From NCBI GenBank assembly GCA_030704615.1, contig CM060733.1, positions 58,528,001 to 58,592,000 on the forward strand: a stretch of 64,000 bases of DNA, read 5' to 3'. Shown here piece after piece: positions 47,260 through 60,175 of the stretch. The notes under the pieces are model-generated. The model saw only the letters and a list, made by a program, of their open reading frames with translations. It was not told the origin of the DNA and ran no database searches. Source of the stretch: Takakia lepidozioides. Its lineage: Eukaryota > Plantae > Bryophyta. The position numbers were made by a program, and so were the translations under genes. Position 1 is the first letter of the stretch, and each line of letters begins with the position of its first letter.

Positions 47260-49145
47260 TCACCAGTAATCACCACAAGAACAAATCCCATCTTCAAAGT
47301 GGTGAAAGCGGTTAGCGTCCTGTACAACAATTGCTCGGCCAACAATCTTTGAGATGAATTTGGTGGAGGTGTAGTAGTCACCACACACTCGAAGATTCTT
47401 GATGAGATGAAGAGGCGTCCTAGGGGTCATGCTGATCAGCCCAAAACCAATGGCCAGCTTCTCACTGTGGTGGCAAAGAGAAAATTCCTTTTCCTCCTCC
47501 CCACATCATGTAATACAAAGCGCCTGTCAGGCACATACCCCGCCTCCTTCATCTTCCCAGACAATCTTCTCAGCTCAGCATGGATTTCCTTAATTCTGGG
47601 ATGCAACTTGTCATCTACAACGAAGGTGTGCACGCTGTTGCAAACCTCAATGCAGCGGCGACCTGGTTCCTTTTCAACCCCTCTGACCTTCATCATTCTT
47701 CTCACCTTTACAGTATCAACCCACCTGCCAGCTGCAGCATAGATGTTTGATAGCAACATAAGTCACGGCATCATGTTCATTCCTTGAGGATAGATGTTGT
47801 CGCACGTTGAGCCATCTCTACATTGTCATGGATTCTGCAGGCACTAAACAAGGCCTTCCACACCACAACATCTGGATTGATTGGCATTTTATTAATCAGG
47901 TCCACTGCCTCATCCAGTTGTCCCGCACGTCCAAGAAGGTCCACCATGCAGCCAAAGTGCTATACTGTCGGAGTGACACCATGATCTTAAATCAGGGAAT
48001 CGAAGTAGCGTCTACCTTCATTCAGAAGGCCAGTGTGGTTGCATGCAGAGAGAACACATACTGCTTCAAGCCATTCTTTTGCATTCCTTCAAATAGTTGC
48101 AGGACCTCCCTATGACAACCATGCTGTGCATATCATGCGATCATTGCATTCCACGACACCACATCTCATTCAGCCATATTGTCGAACACTCCCTTTGCAT
48201 CCTCCATGCACCCACATTTGGCATACATGTCCACCAGGGCAGAGTTCAGGATCACATCTGGTACAATTCCAGCTCTGACGATGTCGCCATGCACCTCTTC
48301 GCTCTTTTCCAGGGCTACCAGGCTTGCACACGCACTGCAAGCGCACACAAACGTGATGTGGTCAGGCTTCACCCCGTCGCACATCATTTGCTCATAGGTC
48401 TCCAAAGCCTCCATCCCACGTCCCTGCTGTGCATACCCTGCAAGCACCGCACTCCACGACACCACACCTCGTTCAGCCATAATGTCGAAAACTCCCTTTG
48501 CATCCTAGATGCACCCACATTTTGCAAACATGTCCACCAAGGTATTGTTTAGAATGACAGCTGGTACAATTCCAACTCTGAAGATGTCGCCATGGACCTC
48601 TTTCCCCTTTTCCAGAGCTGCCAGGGCAGTGTTTAGAATGACATTTGGTACAATTCCAGCTTTGACGATATCCCCATGCACCTCTTTGCCCTTCTCTAGG
48701 GCTGTCAAGCTTGCACGACGCCACATCTTGTTCAGCCATAGTGTTGAACACTCCCATTGCGTCCTAGATGCACCCACATTTTGCAAACACGTCCACCAGG
48801 GTATTGTTCAGAATGAAATCTGGTACAATTCCAGCTCTGAAGATGTCGCCATGGACCTCTTTGCCCCTTTCCAGAGCTGCCAGGCTTGCACGCGCATTGC
48901 AAACGCACCCAAACGCGATGTGGTCGGGCTTCTCCCATCATTTGTTCATAAGTCTCCAAAGCCTCCATACCACGTTCTTGCTGTGCATACCCTGCAAGCA
49001 TCGCGTCCAATGGCACCACATCTCGTTCAGCCATAGTGTTGAAAACTCCCTTCGCATCCTTAATGCACCCACATTTGGCATACATGTCCACCAGAGCAGT
49101 TTGCAGAATGATATCTGGTACAATTCCAGCTTTGACGATGTCACC
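47260..49145 (-). pseudogene. PLS-class PPR-DYW RNA-editing factor pseudogene or fragment
   Basis: PPR motifs (LVDMYAKCG, VVSWSAVLAGYAQQG), E domain [24 protein letters not shown], and [46 protein letters not shown]. Several frameshifts, no N-terminus. Confidence 0.9.
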
Positions 49146-49516
49146 ATGGAATCAAAGCAGAATTTCTTGAAGGACATGTTGTGTAGTGGAAGAAGAGGGT
49201 ACATGAAAGGTGCATGACTTGCCTGCGGATGCTGCCAATGCAGGTCAATCTTACTCATGTTCCAAGAGGGGCTTCTATTTCCCCACACACATGCAGCCAT
49301 TACAGCCTCCAAACTGTCAGTGGTACCCTTGCCTGCTGTATCCATGAACCTTCTGATTGGTTTTTGGACAATAGAGAAAGTAAAATCAGAAGAATGGAGG
49401 CTATAAATTCACTTTTGTAGCTGCCATTTCAAAGAAAATTCCCATGGGCGTATAAAACACTTATAGGAAACACCCAACTCAGCTTATCACACAGTTCCTA
49501 TGCTCAATTGCGTCTG

Positions 49517-50750
49517 CTACTCTCTGTAATCTAACAGGCATTCACCTTTTTGCCTCGATTGCACCTGACTATAGACCTCTATGCAGCATCGACCAGGCTC
49601 CCTCCTGACACCTCTGTCCCACATCATCCTCCTCACTTTTGCGGCATTGTCCCACCTGCCAGCTGCAGCATAGATGTTGGATAGAAGCATATACGTTGCC
49701 GCATCCTGCGGATCCCACTCAAGAAGATATTCTGTTGCACGTTCTGCCACCTCCAGATTCCTATGAATTCTGCAGGCACCAAGCAAAGTCCCCCAGACTG
49801 TAGCAGCTGGTTCGCTTGGCATTTTCTTGATGAAGTCCTTTGCCTCATCCACATGCCCTGCATGGCCTAGAAGGTCCACCATGCAACCAAAATGCTGGTC
49901 TGTGGACGTGAGGCCATGAGCTTGACTCATAGAATCAAAGTAATGATTGCCTTCATCTACTAGTCGCACATGGCTACATGCAGAGAGAACACATATAAAA
50001 GTGATACCATTTGGCTTCAACCCTTCCTGTTGCGTTTGTTCCAATAGTTGCAGGGCCCCCCTACCACACCCGTGCTGAGCATATCCTGCAATCATAGCAC
50101 TCCATGAGACCACATCTTGTTCAACCATATTGTCAAACACTAGCCATGCATTCTTTATATCCCCGCATTTGGCATACATGTCAACAAGGGTACTTTCCAA
50201 AGTGAGTGTTGGCTCAATTCCAGCTTTGATAATGTCAGCATGGATTTTTGTGGCCTTTTCCAGGGCTGCCAGGCTTGCACAGGCATTGAAAACATAAACA
50301 AAAGATACCTAGTTGGTGTCACCCCTTCCCATATCATTCGCTCATATGTCTCCAAAGCCCTCCCTACCAACTCCATGCTGAGCATATCCTGAAATCATTG
50401 CACTCCAGGAGAGCACATCTCGTTCAGCCACCAGGCTGGCACATGCATTGAGAACGCACACAACCGTTACCTGGTTGGGCATAACCCCTTTCTGTTCTGC
50501 TCATAGATCTCCAAAGCCTTTTTACCACATCCAAGCACTCATCACACTCCATGAGACCACATTTTGTCGAGCCATATTGTCAAACACTAGATGCACATCT
50601 GTCATGTTCCCAAATTTGGCATAATGTTGGCAAGGGCAGTTTCCAGGACGATATTTGGCTCAATTCTGGCTTTGATAATATCAGCATGGATCTTTTTGCC
50701 CTTTTCCAAGTCTGCTAGGCTGGCTCATGCATCGAGAACGGAAAATCCAA
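49517..50750 (-). pseudogene. Second PLS-PPR (E-class) fragment
   Basis: ORF 49517-50200 has LVDMYAKCG...HFGCMVDLLGHAG...VWGTLLGACRIH...LLSNIYAAAGRW...EPGRCCIEV. Degenerate motifs lie upstream. Confidence 0.85.
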
Positions 50751-50884
50751 GCACCGTGTGTTTGGAAGTTGGCAATTAGGTGTGGCTTCAAATGTGTGGA
50801 AAACATGTCCAATAATGCACAAGCTACTAATATTGTGATAAACTGTCCACTCATCTGAGCAGCTGTAAAAGACAAGCCAATATG

Positions 50885-50975
50885 AGCACTCCTTACCCAT
50901 TGGATCATAGTGTGGCCAGCATCCTTGAAGAAATCATCTGAGGGCCGCTTTCCTGTGAGAATCTCCAGGACTGTT
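50885..50975 (-). pseudogene. Receptor-like kinase C-lobe fragment
   Basis: VLEILTGKRPSDDFFKDAGHTMIQWVR resembles the RLK subdomain IX-X region. Confidence 0.6.
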
Positions 50976-51704
50976 GAGCCATGGGATGATGCTGTTTTGA
51001 GTGTCTCATCAAACTTCCAATGTAGGAATAAGATAATGTAATCGTCCAGTGGGTGGGAGAACCCATGGCCAGCAGATGCATGCATTGAGTGGGAATGATC
51101 TTGGAATAAACAAGAGTATGCAATTCTCGTAATACCCATTGTAGGCAGGTCATGTTTGTCCTATATGGCCGCTGCAAGAAGTCTCAATGTGCACGCCCCA
51201 CTGCACAAGCAATCCACCACATGCACATCATAAATTGAGCTTGCACCCACAAGAGAGCAGGCCCTTGCTTTTCACAAGCAGTCTCTGTGAGAGACATCTG
51301 GGTCTGCAGGTCTTTCAACTTACATTTAACATGCAAGTCCTTCGACAAAACATGAAAGTGTTAGCTTGTAATAATTGATGTGCACACTTAATTTGGTCCA
51401 CAGCATGCCCTTAGATATGAGCATCCTGGGTGGGACAGGCCACCTATGTCTATCTATTAGCCCCCCAATAGACAAAAGTGGAAAGTGTCAGTCCTCACCT
51501 CATGAATGTTTTTCTCAGTGATGCCCAATTGACAGTTTGTCAACCAACCCCCCATTTACAGCAGAAACTGGACATGGATCATGAATTTCATTATGCTTTT
51601 AAAACCAGCATTCTGTTGAGGTGGTGACCCCCTGTCCCAAGGCATCAATGTTTTGTTTCCTGCTATGTTGGAGCTCTGATTTTTGTAGTCCACATCTGGC
51701 GCTC

Positions 51705-52255
51705 CTATCTTATGTTAATACTTCGCAATGACAGATCACCAGTTCCTCCCATGGAGACCTTCTTGACAGGTTGTGCCACCAAATACCTTCCAAAGCGAAG
51801 TGTCTCATCCGCAGCAGCGGAGACTACCATTGTTCCAGCAGGGCTCTACACAAATTACAGCACTAAAATCATGAGAAAGTCTAATGCACTCTAACTTGCA
51901 CATGCAGTTCTGAAAAGTTCAGATATCACCAACTGAATTTAGAGGAACATATATAATACAGTTTTTCAAACATCTCATTTTCAGTCATAAGAAACTACAT
52001 ACGGTGCACTAAAACTTTCTCATTACACAAGAAATGGGACAGTGGAATTAATAATATCACATCGAACAATGTAAGCTAGATTTTTTTACTATTCTTCAAG
52101 GAAGTATCGATCTCATCGGCAAACCATCAACCTGGGAAAGAGTGTCGACACTGTTGATACAGGCACATGTCTACGTGTTCCAAAATTTAATACAGTGATC
52201 AGCAATACCCCCTCCAGACGTGAGTAAGTTGGCCTGGAAGGGGCACCAGTAAAGT
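51705..52255 (-). pseudogene. CDC20: CDC20/Fizzy-family APC/C activator 3' fragment (two exons)
   Basis: About 52131-52255 reads [40 protein letters not shown]|GT. 51705-51845 reads AG|SPAGTMVVSAAADETLRF...SLRSINIR* with the C-terminal IR tail. Confidence 0.85.
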
Positions 52256-55200
52256 GTGAAAAGTGCAAAGTCCGATGCATCTGCTTCCAAAAAGAATGGT
52301 TTAGATGGGTCTGCATGTACCAATATTGGAGCTGTTGTAAATGTCTGCTTCAACCTTTCAAATGCTTGGTCAGCCTTCTCGTCCCATACAAATTTGTCCT
52401 TCCATGTGAGTCGTGTCATTGGTGCAGCAATTTTGGAGTAGTCCTGGATGAAGATTCTATAGAAATTTGCAAATCCTAGAAAACATTATACATCTCGAAC
52501 CGAAGTTGGTTTAACCCACTTGATGATGGTTTGTATTTTCTTCTGATCCATAAAGACTCCTTTGTCGGAAATAATGTAGCCCAAAAATTCGACTTCAGAA
52601 GTGGAAAAGACATTTTTCCAACTTGGCATATAGTCTTTTTTCCCTCAATTTATCAATGACAAGGCGTACATGGCGACCATGTTCTTCTTCATTCTGTGAA
52701 AATATCAAAATGTCGTCCAAATAGATGACTACAAAGTCATCTAAAAATTCTCGAAAGATGTCATTCATCATGTGTTGAAAAATTGCTGGAGCATTTGTAA
52801 GACCGAAAAGCATAACATTGTATTCGAAATGTCCATACCTTGTGCGAAAAACAGTCTTTCATTCGTCTCCTTTTTTTATTCGTATAAGATTATAAGCTCC
52901 TCTCAAGTCGATCTTTGTGAAAAAATTTGCTCGTCCAAGTTGTTCGAGGAATCCGGAAATCAGCGGTAGTGGGTAACGATTTTTTATAGTGACTTTGTTG
53001 AGCCCACGATAGTCCAGACACATGCGTAACGATCCGTCTTTCTTCTTCACAAATACGATAGGTGCTCCCGCGGGTGATTTCGAACGTTGAATGAAATTCT
53101 TTGACAAATTTTCATCAATGTATTCGCGTAAAGCAGCCAACTCTGTCTGAGATAAATTGTAGATCGGACCAAATGGTGGTTAAGCTCATTCTTGCAACTC
53201 AATTGCACAATCATAAGGTCGATGTTCTGGCAACATGTCTGCATTTTTCTTCTCGAAGACATCCTTGAAATCTTGATATTGAGTGGATAATGTCGAAGTA
53301 CCTTGGTTTGTTGTGGTTTTGATCGGAATCGCATAAAGTGCAAATATCGCGTCTTTCTTCGTAGCTCTCATGAAGGCTCTAGCTACAAGAAACAGGGGTT
53401 GAATACCTTTGGTATTTTTGCATTTTTGTCTTGCCGAAATTTGTCGTGATCGCCAGTCGATGTCAGGATTATAAAGTACAAACCAGGGAAGTCCAAGGAT
53501 CACATGATTCGTTGGAGACTGGATGACATTGAAAACAATCTGTGATGCTTGATTTTTAAGCTTCACTTCAAGGGGTCGAGTTTCATGGTCAACATTTCTT
53601 GATGCTAACGGTCGTCCATCGATGACTTCAACAGGGGCCGAGAATTTCTTTCTTGCAAGCGTTAAATTGTGTTGCTTTGCAAAGTCTTTGTCAATAAAAC
53701 ACGCTGAAGCGCCCGAGTCCAGAAGTGCTTCTACGGAGATATCTCAATTTTGCATCCTGATCTTTACTAGAACTGTGAAACAAGGTACAGGGTTTGGAGG
53801 TAGAAAGAGATTTTTTTTTTTTTTAGGAATTTGGGGTGTCCAGCCGCATGGTCCCTACTGTGACTAGACATCTTCATTTTCTGACTTCCTCGTATCGAAC
53901 ACTTGAGTGGTACCCCGAGCTTTGCATCTTCTCTTGTTGGGGCAGTTTAATGTCATGTGATCATGTTCTCCGCAATAAAGACATAATCTATTCGAGCGTC
54001 GTCTTTGTTTTTCTTGTGGCATCAATGGCTTGAATCGGACAGCATCAATCTGTATAGGATCATTACCGGATGTCTGATGGATCGTTGTATTTGGTGTCGT
54101 GATAGCAGCGGCATGGTGCGTCGTCGACCATCCAGATCGCTTCTCTTTCGAACAAACGATTATCACATGCAATGACTTGGGTGATGAATTCGCTCAGTGT
54201 ACTCACGTTTGGCATTGTCAGCAACAAATCTTTAACATCATCTTTTAGGCCACATCGAAACTGACTAATGAGACTCTTCTCATTCCAGTCGAGGTCGCAC
54301 GCAAGTTGTCGAAATTCGGCAGCATAAACGGAAGCTGAACGTGCTTCTTCTCGAAGATTTCGCATCTTTGTCTCTGCAACTTTCTCTCTATCATTCTCTC
54401 CAAACGTTACAGTGAACGGACATGAATGCTTCAAAATTGTATAGTAAATGCGAATTTTTCTCTGATAGCGGTGCAAACCAAGATAGGGCAGTGCCTGATA
54501 GAAGGGTGCCCACGAATCTCACTTGAATACCTTCATCAGAGTAGCGTTGTGGATGTAGTCATAGGAACAATCGTACTTGTTGAACAAAACCGCGAAATCT
54601 TGATCCCGTCCCATCAAATTCCTCGGACATGCTGACCTTTGGTTCCCTTGTAATATGTTGAAGATTTGGAGGAACAGTTGCAGTAGGAATTGTTGTAGTA
54701 GGGACTCGTAGATCCATTGTTCGACTCCTTCAACTCTGAAATTTGTTGTTGCAAATTGTTGAGAGCATTGTCAAGGTATTGAGACTGATCAGCTTGTAGT
54801 TGGGCAGTAGAGGCACAAAGTTCTTGCATCTGGAGTTGAAGACTCTGCAATGTGGTGACCATTTCCGCAAATGTGCCTTCCATCTTAACTAACTAAGAAA
54901 CAAACTTTAGTCTCGTCAAACTGTCAAGGACGAGAACAAGACTGAACACAAAAAAGAGATAAAACTAGAGGTACAAGGCTAGACAAGAAGTCAAGGTCGG
55001 CATGGCCGAATGTACGATGAGTAAATAGGAATCAAGACGATCTTTATAACAATGAACAAGAGTACAAGATATTGGAACACGATTTGAATACTGGAATGCT
55101 GGAAACTGGACTGGAGTATCAGATACTGGAAACTGGGCTACAGTACTGGGAACTGGAAGCAAGAGTAGCTTGAACTGGTGTTGGCGAGACTGAAGAATGT

Positions 55201-55279
55201 CCAGTCTTGCCTCCTATATATACTGGTTACTAAGAAGCTTCGCTAAGAAGCTTCCCCTATGGAGGTTTCTTGCTGAAGA
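52256..55279 (-). mobile_element. Ty3/gypsy (Tf1/Tcn1-like chromovirus) LTR retrotransposon, truncated in RNase H, with partial 5' LTR
   Basis: gag with CLYCGEHDHMTLNCP, protease [32 protein letters not shown] and YLDDILIFS, RNase H start [10 protein letters not shown]. The LTR ends ...CCTTGACA at 54922. Confidence 0.92.
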
Positions 55280-55739
55280 AGTTTGGAGTCACAGGAACCA
55301 GATACATTGAAGTTGTCGCTTACCCAGCTACCAGATCAGCCGTTCCGACTTTCACGATCTTCAACATCACGCTGACGCTCTCGAGACGATGGGTCACCAA
55401 TGCGACGCGTACTTCCTCGTCTCGACCCCGTATGACGGCAAGTGGAGCCTACTCGAAGTCTGATAATTCCGTTGGAGGTTGAGGCTTCAGACGCAGAGGG
55501 CAACGAAATCATGTTTGAAAGCAGCTTCGAAAATCAGAATTCTCAAATCACTGCCTGGTCCCAAGTTCAAGGTGTTGGACACTATCGATGGTTGTAGGGA
55601 CCTATAAATCATTTGAGTCAAGAACAAAGAGCCGAATACTTGGCAAGTACCATTCGCCGGATTTTGGATTTTCTCCAACTCTAAGCAAGTCCGAGATTTT
55701 ACCGTTCCTCGATGAACTCGGCGCTAGAGGAGGGGGTGA

Positions 55740-56414
55740 TGTCACGGACATAGCCCAAATGAACTTACCAGGAGTAAATACTAGAAGTTATCATGTTACC
55801 TAAAGTTATCATGACTTACCGTGATTTACCTTGATCTACCATGATTTACCATTACTTACCAAGTTATCGGGAGTTTACCAAATTACCAAGAGTAACTTGG
55901 GAAACTGCTCAGGAAACTTCCTTTGGAGGAAACTTCTCCATCAAGATACCTCCTTTGTAGGAAACTGTCTCCCTCAGATAACCTTTTGTTTAATCTTGGA
56001 AAACTTGGTCTTCAGCAAGAAACCTCCTAGGTGAAGCTTCTTAGGGAAGCTTCTTAGTAGCCATTATATATAGTGAGGGCGAGACTTGGACACTCTTCAG
56101 TCTCTCCAACACCAGTTGCACGCTACCTCTTGTTTCCAGTTCCCAAGTACGCCAGTCCAGTTCCCCCAGTACTTTCCTCCTCCAGTTCCCGTACTCTAGC
56201 CGTTTCCAGTATCCTGGTACTCCAGTCCAGTTTCCAGCATTCCAGTAGTCAGGTCGTGTTCCAATATCTTGTACTTTTGTTCATTGTTATAAAGATCGTC
56301 TTGATTCTTATTTACTCATTGTACATACGGCCACGCCGACCTTGACTTTTTGTCTAGTCTTGTATCTCTAGTCTGATCTCTTGTTTGTGTTCAGTCATGT
56401 TCTCGTCCTTGACA
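55740..56414 (+). mobile_element. Complete LTR of the same gypsy family in opposite orientation, preceded by a PPT
   Basis: TGTCACGG...CCTTGACA termini. PPT AGAGGAGGGGGTGA at 55726-55739. The 3' ~400 bp is the reverse complement of 54922-55279. Confidence 0.88.
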
Positions 56415-57500
56415 GAATGGACCTTGAACATGTTTTTTGTTTAAGTTTTTCTTCACAACTGACAAGCCCCCATCGCTTCCACCTCCATATGGACACATCA
56501 TCCATGGGGCTCGATCACCCAAAAGGTAAGGTGTCAATGGGACTCCATTTGTTAATATAAAACCCGGTGGCCCATTCAACTTCTGCCCTCGTCGGTTTTT
56601 CTGTATAACCCTGAAACCCTAATCAAACGGCAGTCCTTCAAAGAGCCAAGATAGCCTACAAACTATCATAAATCTTCTGTTTGTATCACAAAAAATCTTC
56701 TGTTTATATCACAAACAGCTTGCAGCAAAATGCTATGACCTTGCTTACGATTGAAATAATCCTTTCCTTCATGTCCTCTAGGTTTTAGCATAGGGATATG
56801 ACATCCATCAAATTGCACCCAACAATTGGGCAGCCCACATTTGTTAACAAAACCCTTCATAATTTTGGGATTGCAAGTTGTGAAGGCCATTGCAAATAAG
56901 AGCCCAACACTTTGTTCACAACCCTAACTACTTGATGTAGAGCTCGATAAACTGTGTTTCTCCCCCCATCCCAAAAATTTCGCTGGTTTCATCAATGCAG
57001 TTGCACCTTTTGCTAGTTTGAATAGTGTAGCAGCCACTTGCACTCTGACTGGCACAGGGACTCTGAACCGTGTATGTTATTTTGCCAAGTGAGGAGATAA
57101 CATATCACACAACCACTCAAATGAGCCTTGTCATGCGAAAGAAAGACATCCATCTTTCGTCCTCATAGCATTGCATGATGAATTTATCACATAGCATGAC
57201 ATCCATTGGTTTCACCCACCATACACCATCATGTCGAAGTCCTGAAAGTATAATGGTATCCAAAGCATTGTTCATATTGAAAAATAACTTGGTGTACGCT
57301 TCTTCCAAACTTGCATTTTGAACCAATGCATTGTTGGTTGTAATCATGGAGTAGTGACAGGAAGAGGAAAACCCTGCACCTGGAAATAACTGGAGGATCT
57401 GTTGCAGTACCATGATTGAATTTACAACCAAAGTAAGCAAAAGCATGTCGTCTTCTGTCAATGGCATCGTGCTTGCTGATTGTTTCGTTGTGTTGCAGGA
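56415..57500 (-). pseudogene. PIF/Harbinger DDE transposase (HARBI1-like), disrupted and cut off by an LTR
   Basis: WWVKP...DERWMSFFRMTR; GLPNCWVQFDGCHIP...DYFNRKQGHSILLQAVCD; PYLLGD...NKKH. Confidence 0.88.
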
Positions 57501-57937
57501 AACTGTCTGCCTCTGTACTGTTTGTGGCATCTGCGCAGCATAAGGCTTGCGTGGAAACAATGCTCTACGTGGCTGAGAATCACCATACAAACAGGGCAGT
57601 AACTGACATCCAGGTGGGGCACTATTATACTTAAGTTCTCCAGTTAGTGATCTTGTTATTAGTGTTAAGTGTGAGTGGGGCACTAAATTCAAGACTAACT
57701 GGGCATAGGTAATAGTGAGACACTAACTATTGGGTGCCTAACTTGTAGGTGGGGCAGGGCCCTTAGCCATTCTAGTGGCTTACTCCCATTTTCATGTAGC
57801 TCTCGTACTCCCTCTAGAGCGGCGCCCTGATGCCCTTCATCCCTCCCAATCCTTTCTTTTACGTCTCATTTCTGCTCCCGTGAGCTCTTCATCGACCCCA
57901 TTTTCATAAATTCGTCGTCCTTTCCCATGACCTACCT

Positions 57938-60175
57938 GTGGAACGTCGTCACCGACTATGGAGACGTCTCCTCCTCCTCATGATTCTCCTTATGGCGCCC
58001 TTCATTGCTTCTTCAATGCAATGGTTATGGTGCGGGAACTCTGAACCTTCCTGCTGGGCTTCTGACTGCTCCTCGGTTTTCGCCCGCTTTGTTTCCCCTC
58101 ACTTTGCTTCTATCCCTCTCATTCTTTTGTTTCTTCTTGCTATTGTGTTATCTAAGCTTTGCTCAAGTTTGCACTTCTCCTTCCTCCGCAATCCTTCGGC
58201 CCCTCGTGTTTTCACTTTCTTAGCTTCTACGATGGCATATGTTCCGGCTGCGACCCATGGCAATGGCCACAGAAGAGACCATCGCGGGGACCCGCGCAGG
58301 CACAATCGCGCCAAGAATGGAGGTCACCCTAGGAGGCATGATTACGCAGGCCCTGGAGTTCTGGGAGTTGGTCCTTCGTTTCCTCTCTCCCCTAACAGAG
58401 CCCCCACGATCTGGAGTGAGGAAGCTACACCTGTCGTCGAATCTCAGGCCGTTCTTGAGCTCAACATGAAGGTTGTTAAGGAGCAATCTCAGCTCCTATC
58501 CGAACAGGGAGTCCTCATCCACTTCCCCGGCAAGATCCGGTACCGCACGTCTGCCAGAAACTGGGCCCTCAAGCACTTCGGGGCGGAGGGGGGTCTCACC
58601 TCGTATTTTTGTCTAGCCCTGGGAAGAAGGTTCTTCTCCATTATGTTCAGCTCTGCTGCCTTTGCAGCGAAAGCCCTCAACTTCAATGTGGCTCTCTCCA
58701 AGTGTCGGGTGCATGTGTTTCCATGGTCGCCCGAATGGGGCCATAGGTGTAACCTGCAAGCCTTGAGTTCTTGCGTTACCATTCCTTCCGGGGAACTATT
58801 TGCGATATCTTCCCGAAATAGGTGCCCACTTGGGGCCTACATTGGTTCAATGAATGTTTTTGATCAAATCGAGTTTGATGACCACAGTAAACTGACAACA
58901 AGCAGCGGGCCTACGAATCTCACAGGGACGGCGGCGTTCCTCAATTGGTCGTCTTGATGCCTGAATCTAAAATGATAGTGGGCTCTTTGAAGCTTCCCAC
59001 TTTGGACAAATCCTTCATCACGGTTAAAGTGCAGGAAGTATCTCTGGCGATCATTTGTCTCCACTGTCATCCTGAAGGTCATGTGAAAGCTGATTGCCCA
59101 GTGTTGTTTAAGGAGAGACAGGCTCTGGCCCACTCTGATGAGGTTCGTGTGACCAATCATCTTGTGATAATGCAGATCAGAACCTGAAGAGGGCAGACGT
59201 CACACCGCCGGCCCCCCGGGCCCAGCTAAGAGAAGCAAGGCTGATCTCTCTCCAATATCGATCAGCCCAAGGGTTTATCTGCTGTCATCCCCCTCCCTAG
59301 GGGCTAAATTCAAACCGGAAGAGATTCCGGCTGTGTTCCCTCTAGCGCCGGCGGATGGTGTTCAAAGCCTCGCGACCTTTTGTCTGCAGCTCAAATCGTT
59401 TGTAGATGTGTTCTTCCCGACTTTTCTCACTTGGCCTCCGCCTCTCAATCCGTGGCGATCAACATATCACCCATAATTTCTGGGTTCCCTGAAGGCACCC
59501 CCTCTATTATTCTCACGGGAAAGAGCAAGATCGCTCTTGGATTACTAAGAAAGATTATCTCTCCTTCTCACAAGGAAATGAGCTCGAGCTTATCTTTTGC
59601 AAAATCAGGGAGATCTTCTCTGCCCACTGCTCTTCCTTTGATTTGTCCTCCAATCATCTGTTTTCTTTGGGTCTCGAGTTCATCAATCCTCCTCTAACAA
59701 GAAGCTTCTTTTTGTCCAAGTTCTTCCAGTTATCAGGCTGTCTGATGTCTCTGTCTTGCCAGCAGGTGACCCTTTTCACTCTTGGATATCGGGTTCTTCA
59801 ACCCCTGAAGAGGTGGGTGGAATTGTGGGATGGCCATTCCTTCTGGCAACCCTTGAAGCGGGTCTGAAGCTGGTGGAGGCCTTCAGATCGTCGCAAAAGT
59901 ACTCCCGTGACCTGGATGCCTGGTAGAGCCCAATGCGCATTCGCTTCTGCAACCTCTATTTTCGGAGCTATTGCGCTCATTAATATTTATGCTCATAATT
60001 CGGTGGCTGATAGGATTGTCTTCTGGTCCATGTTGCATTCTAATATTCTCAATAATCCCCAGGTCTCCAACTAGATTTTAGCGAGTGATTTTAATATGGT
60101 GGAAGCCCCTGGTGATAGACTCTGAGCTTCCGCGCACTCTCTATCCCCTGAAGAGCAATCTGCTTGGGATAGGAT
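57938..60175 (+). mobile_element. L1-type LINE 5' part: ORF1 (DUF4283-like plus CCHC) and start of the ORF2 AP endonuclease
   Basis: LGRRFFSIMFSS...VHVFPWSPEW; ICLHCHPEGHVKADCP; endonuclease LINIYAHN...FW...ILASDFNMVE. Confidence 0.8.

Larger units (their letters stand above)
44579..57762. mobile_element. PIF/Harbinger element, or paired ends of one family, with TIRs of about 43 bp and TTA flanks
   Basis: Left TTA|GGGCCCTGCCCCACCTGTAGTTAGGCACCCAATAGTTAGTGTC. Right GACACTAACTATTGGGTGCCTAACTTGTAGGTGGGGCAGGGCCC|TTA. A Myb/SANT ORF lies near the left end and a DDE transposase near the right end, convergent. Confidence 0.8.
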
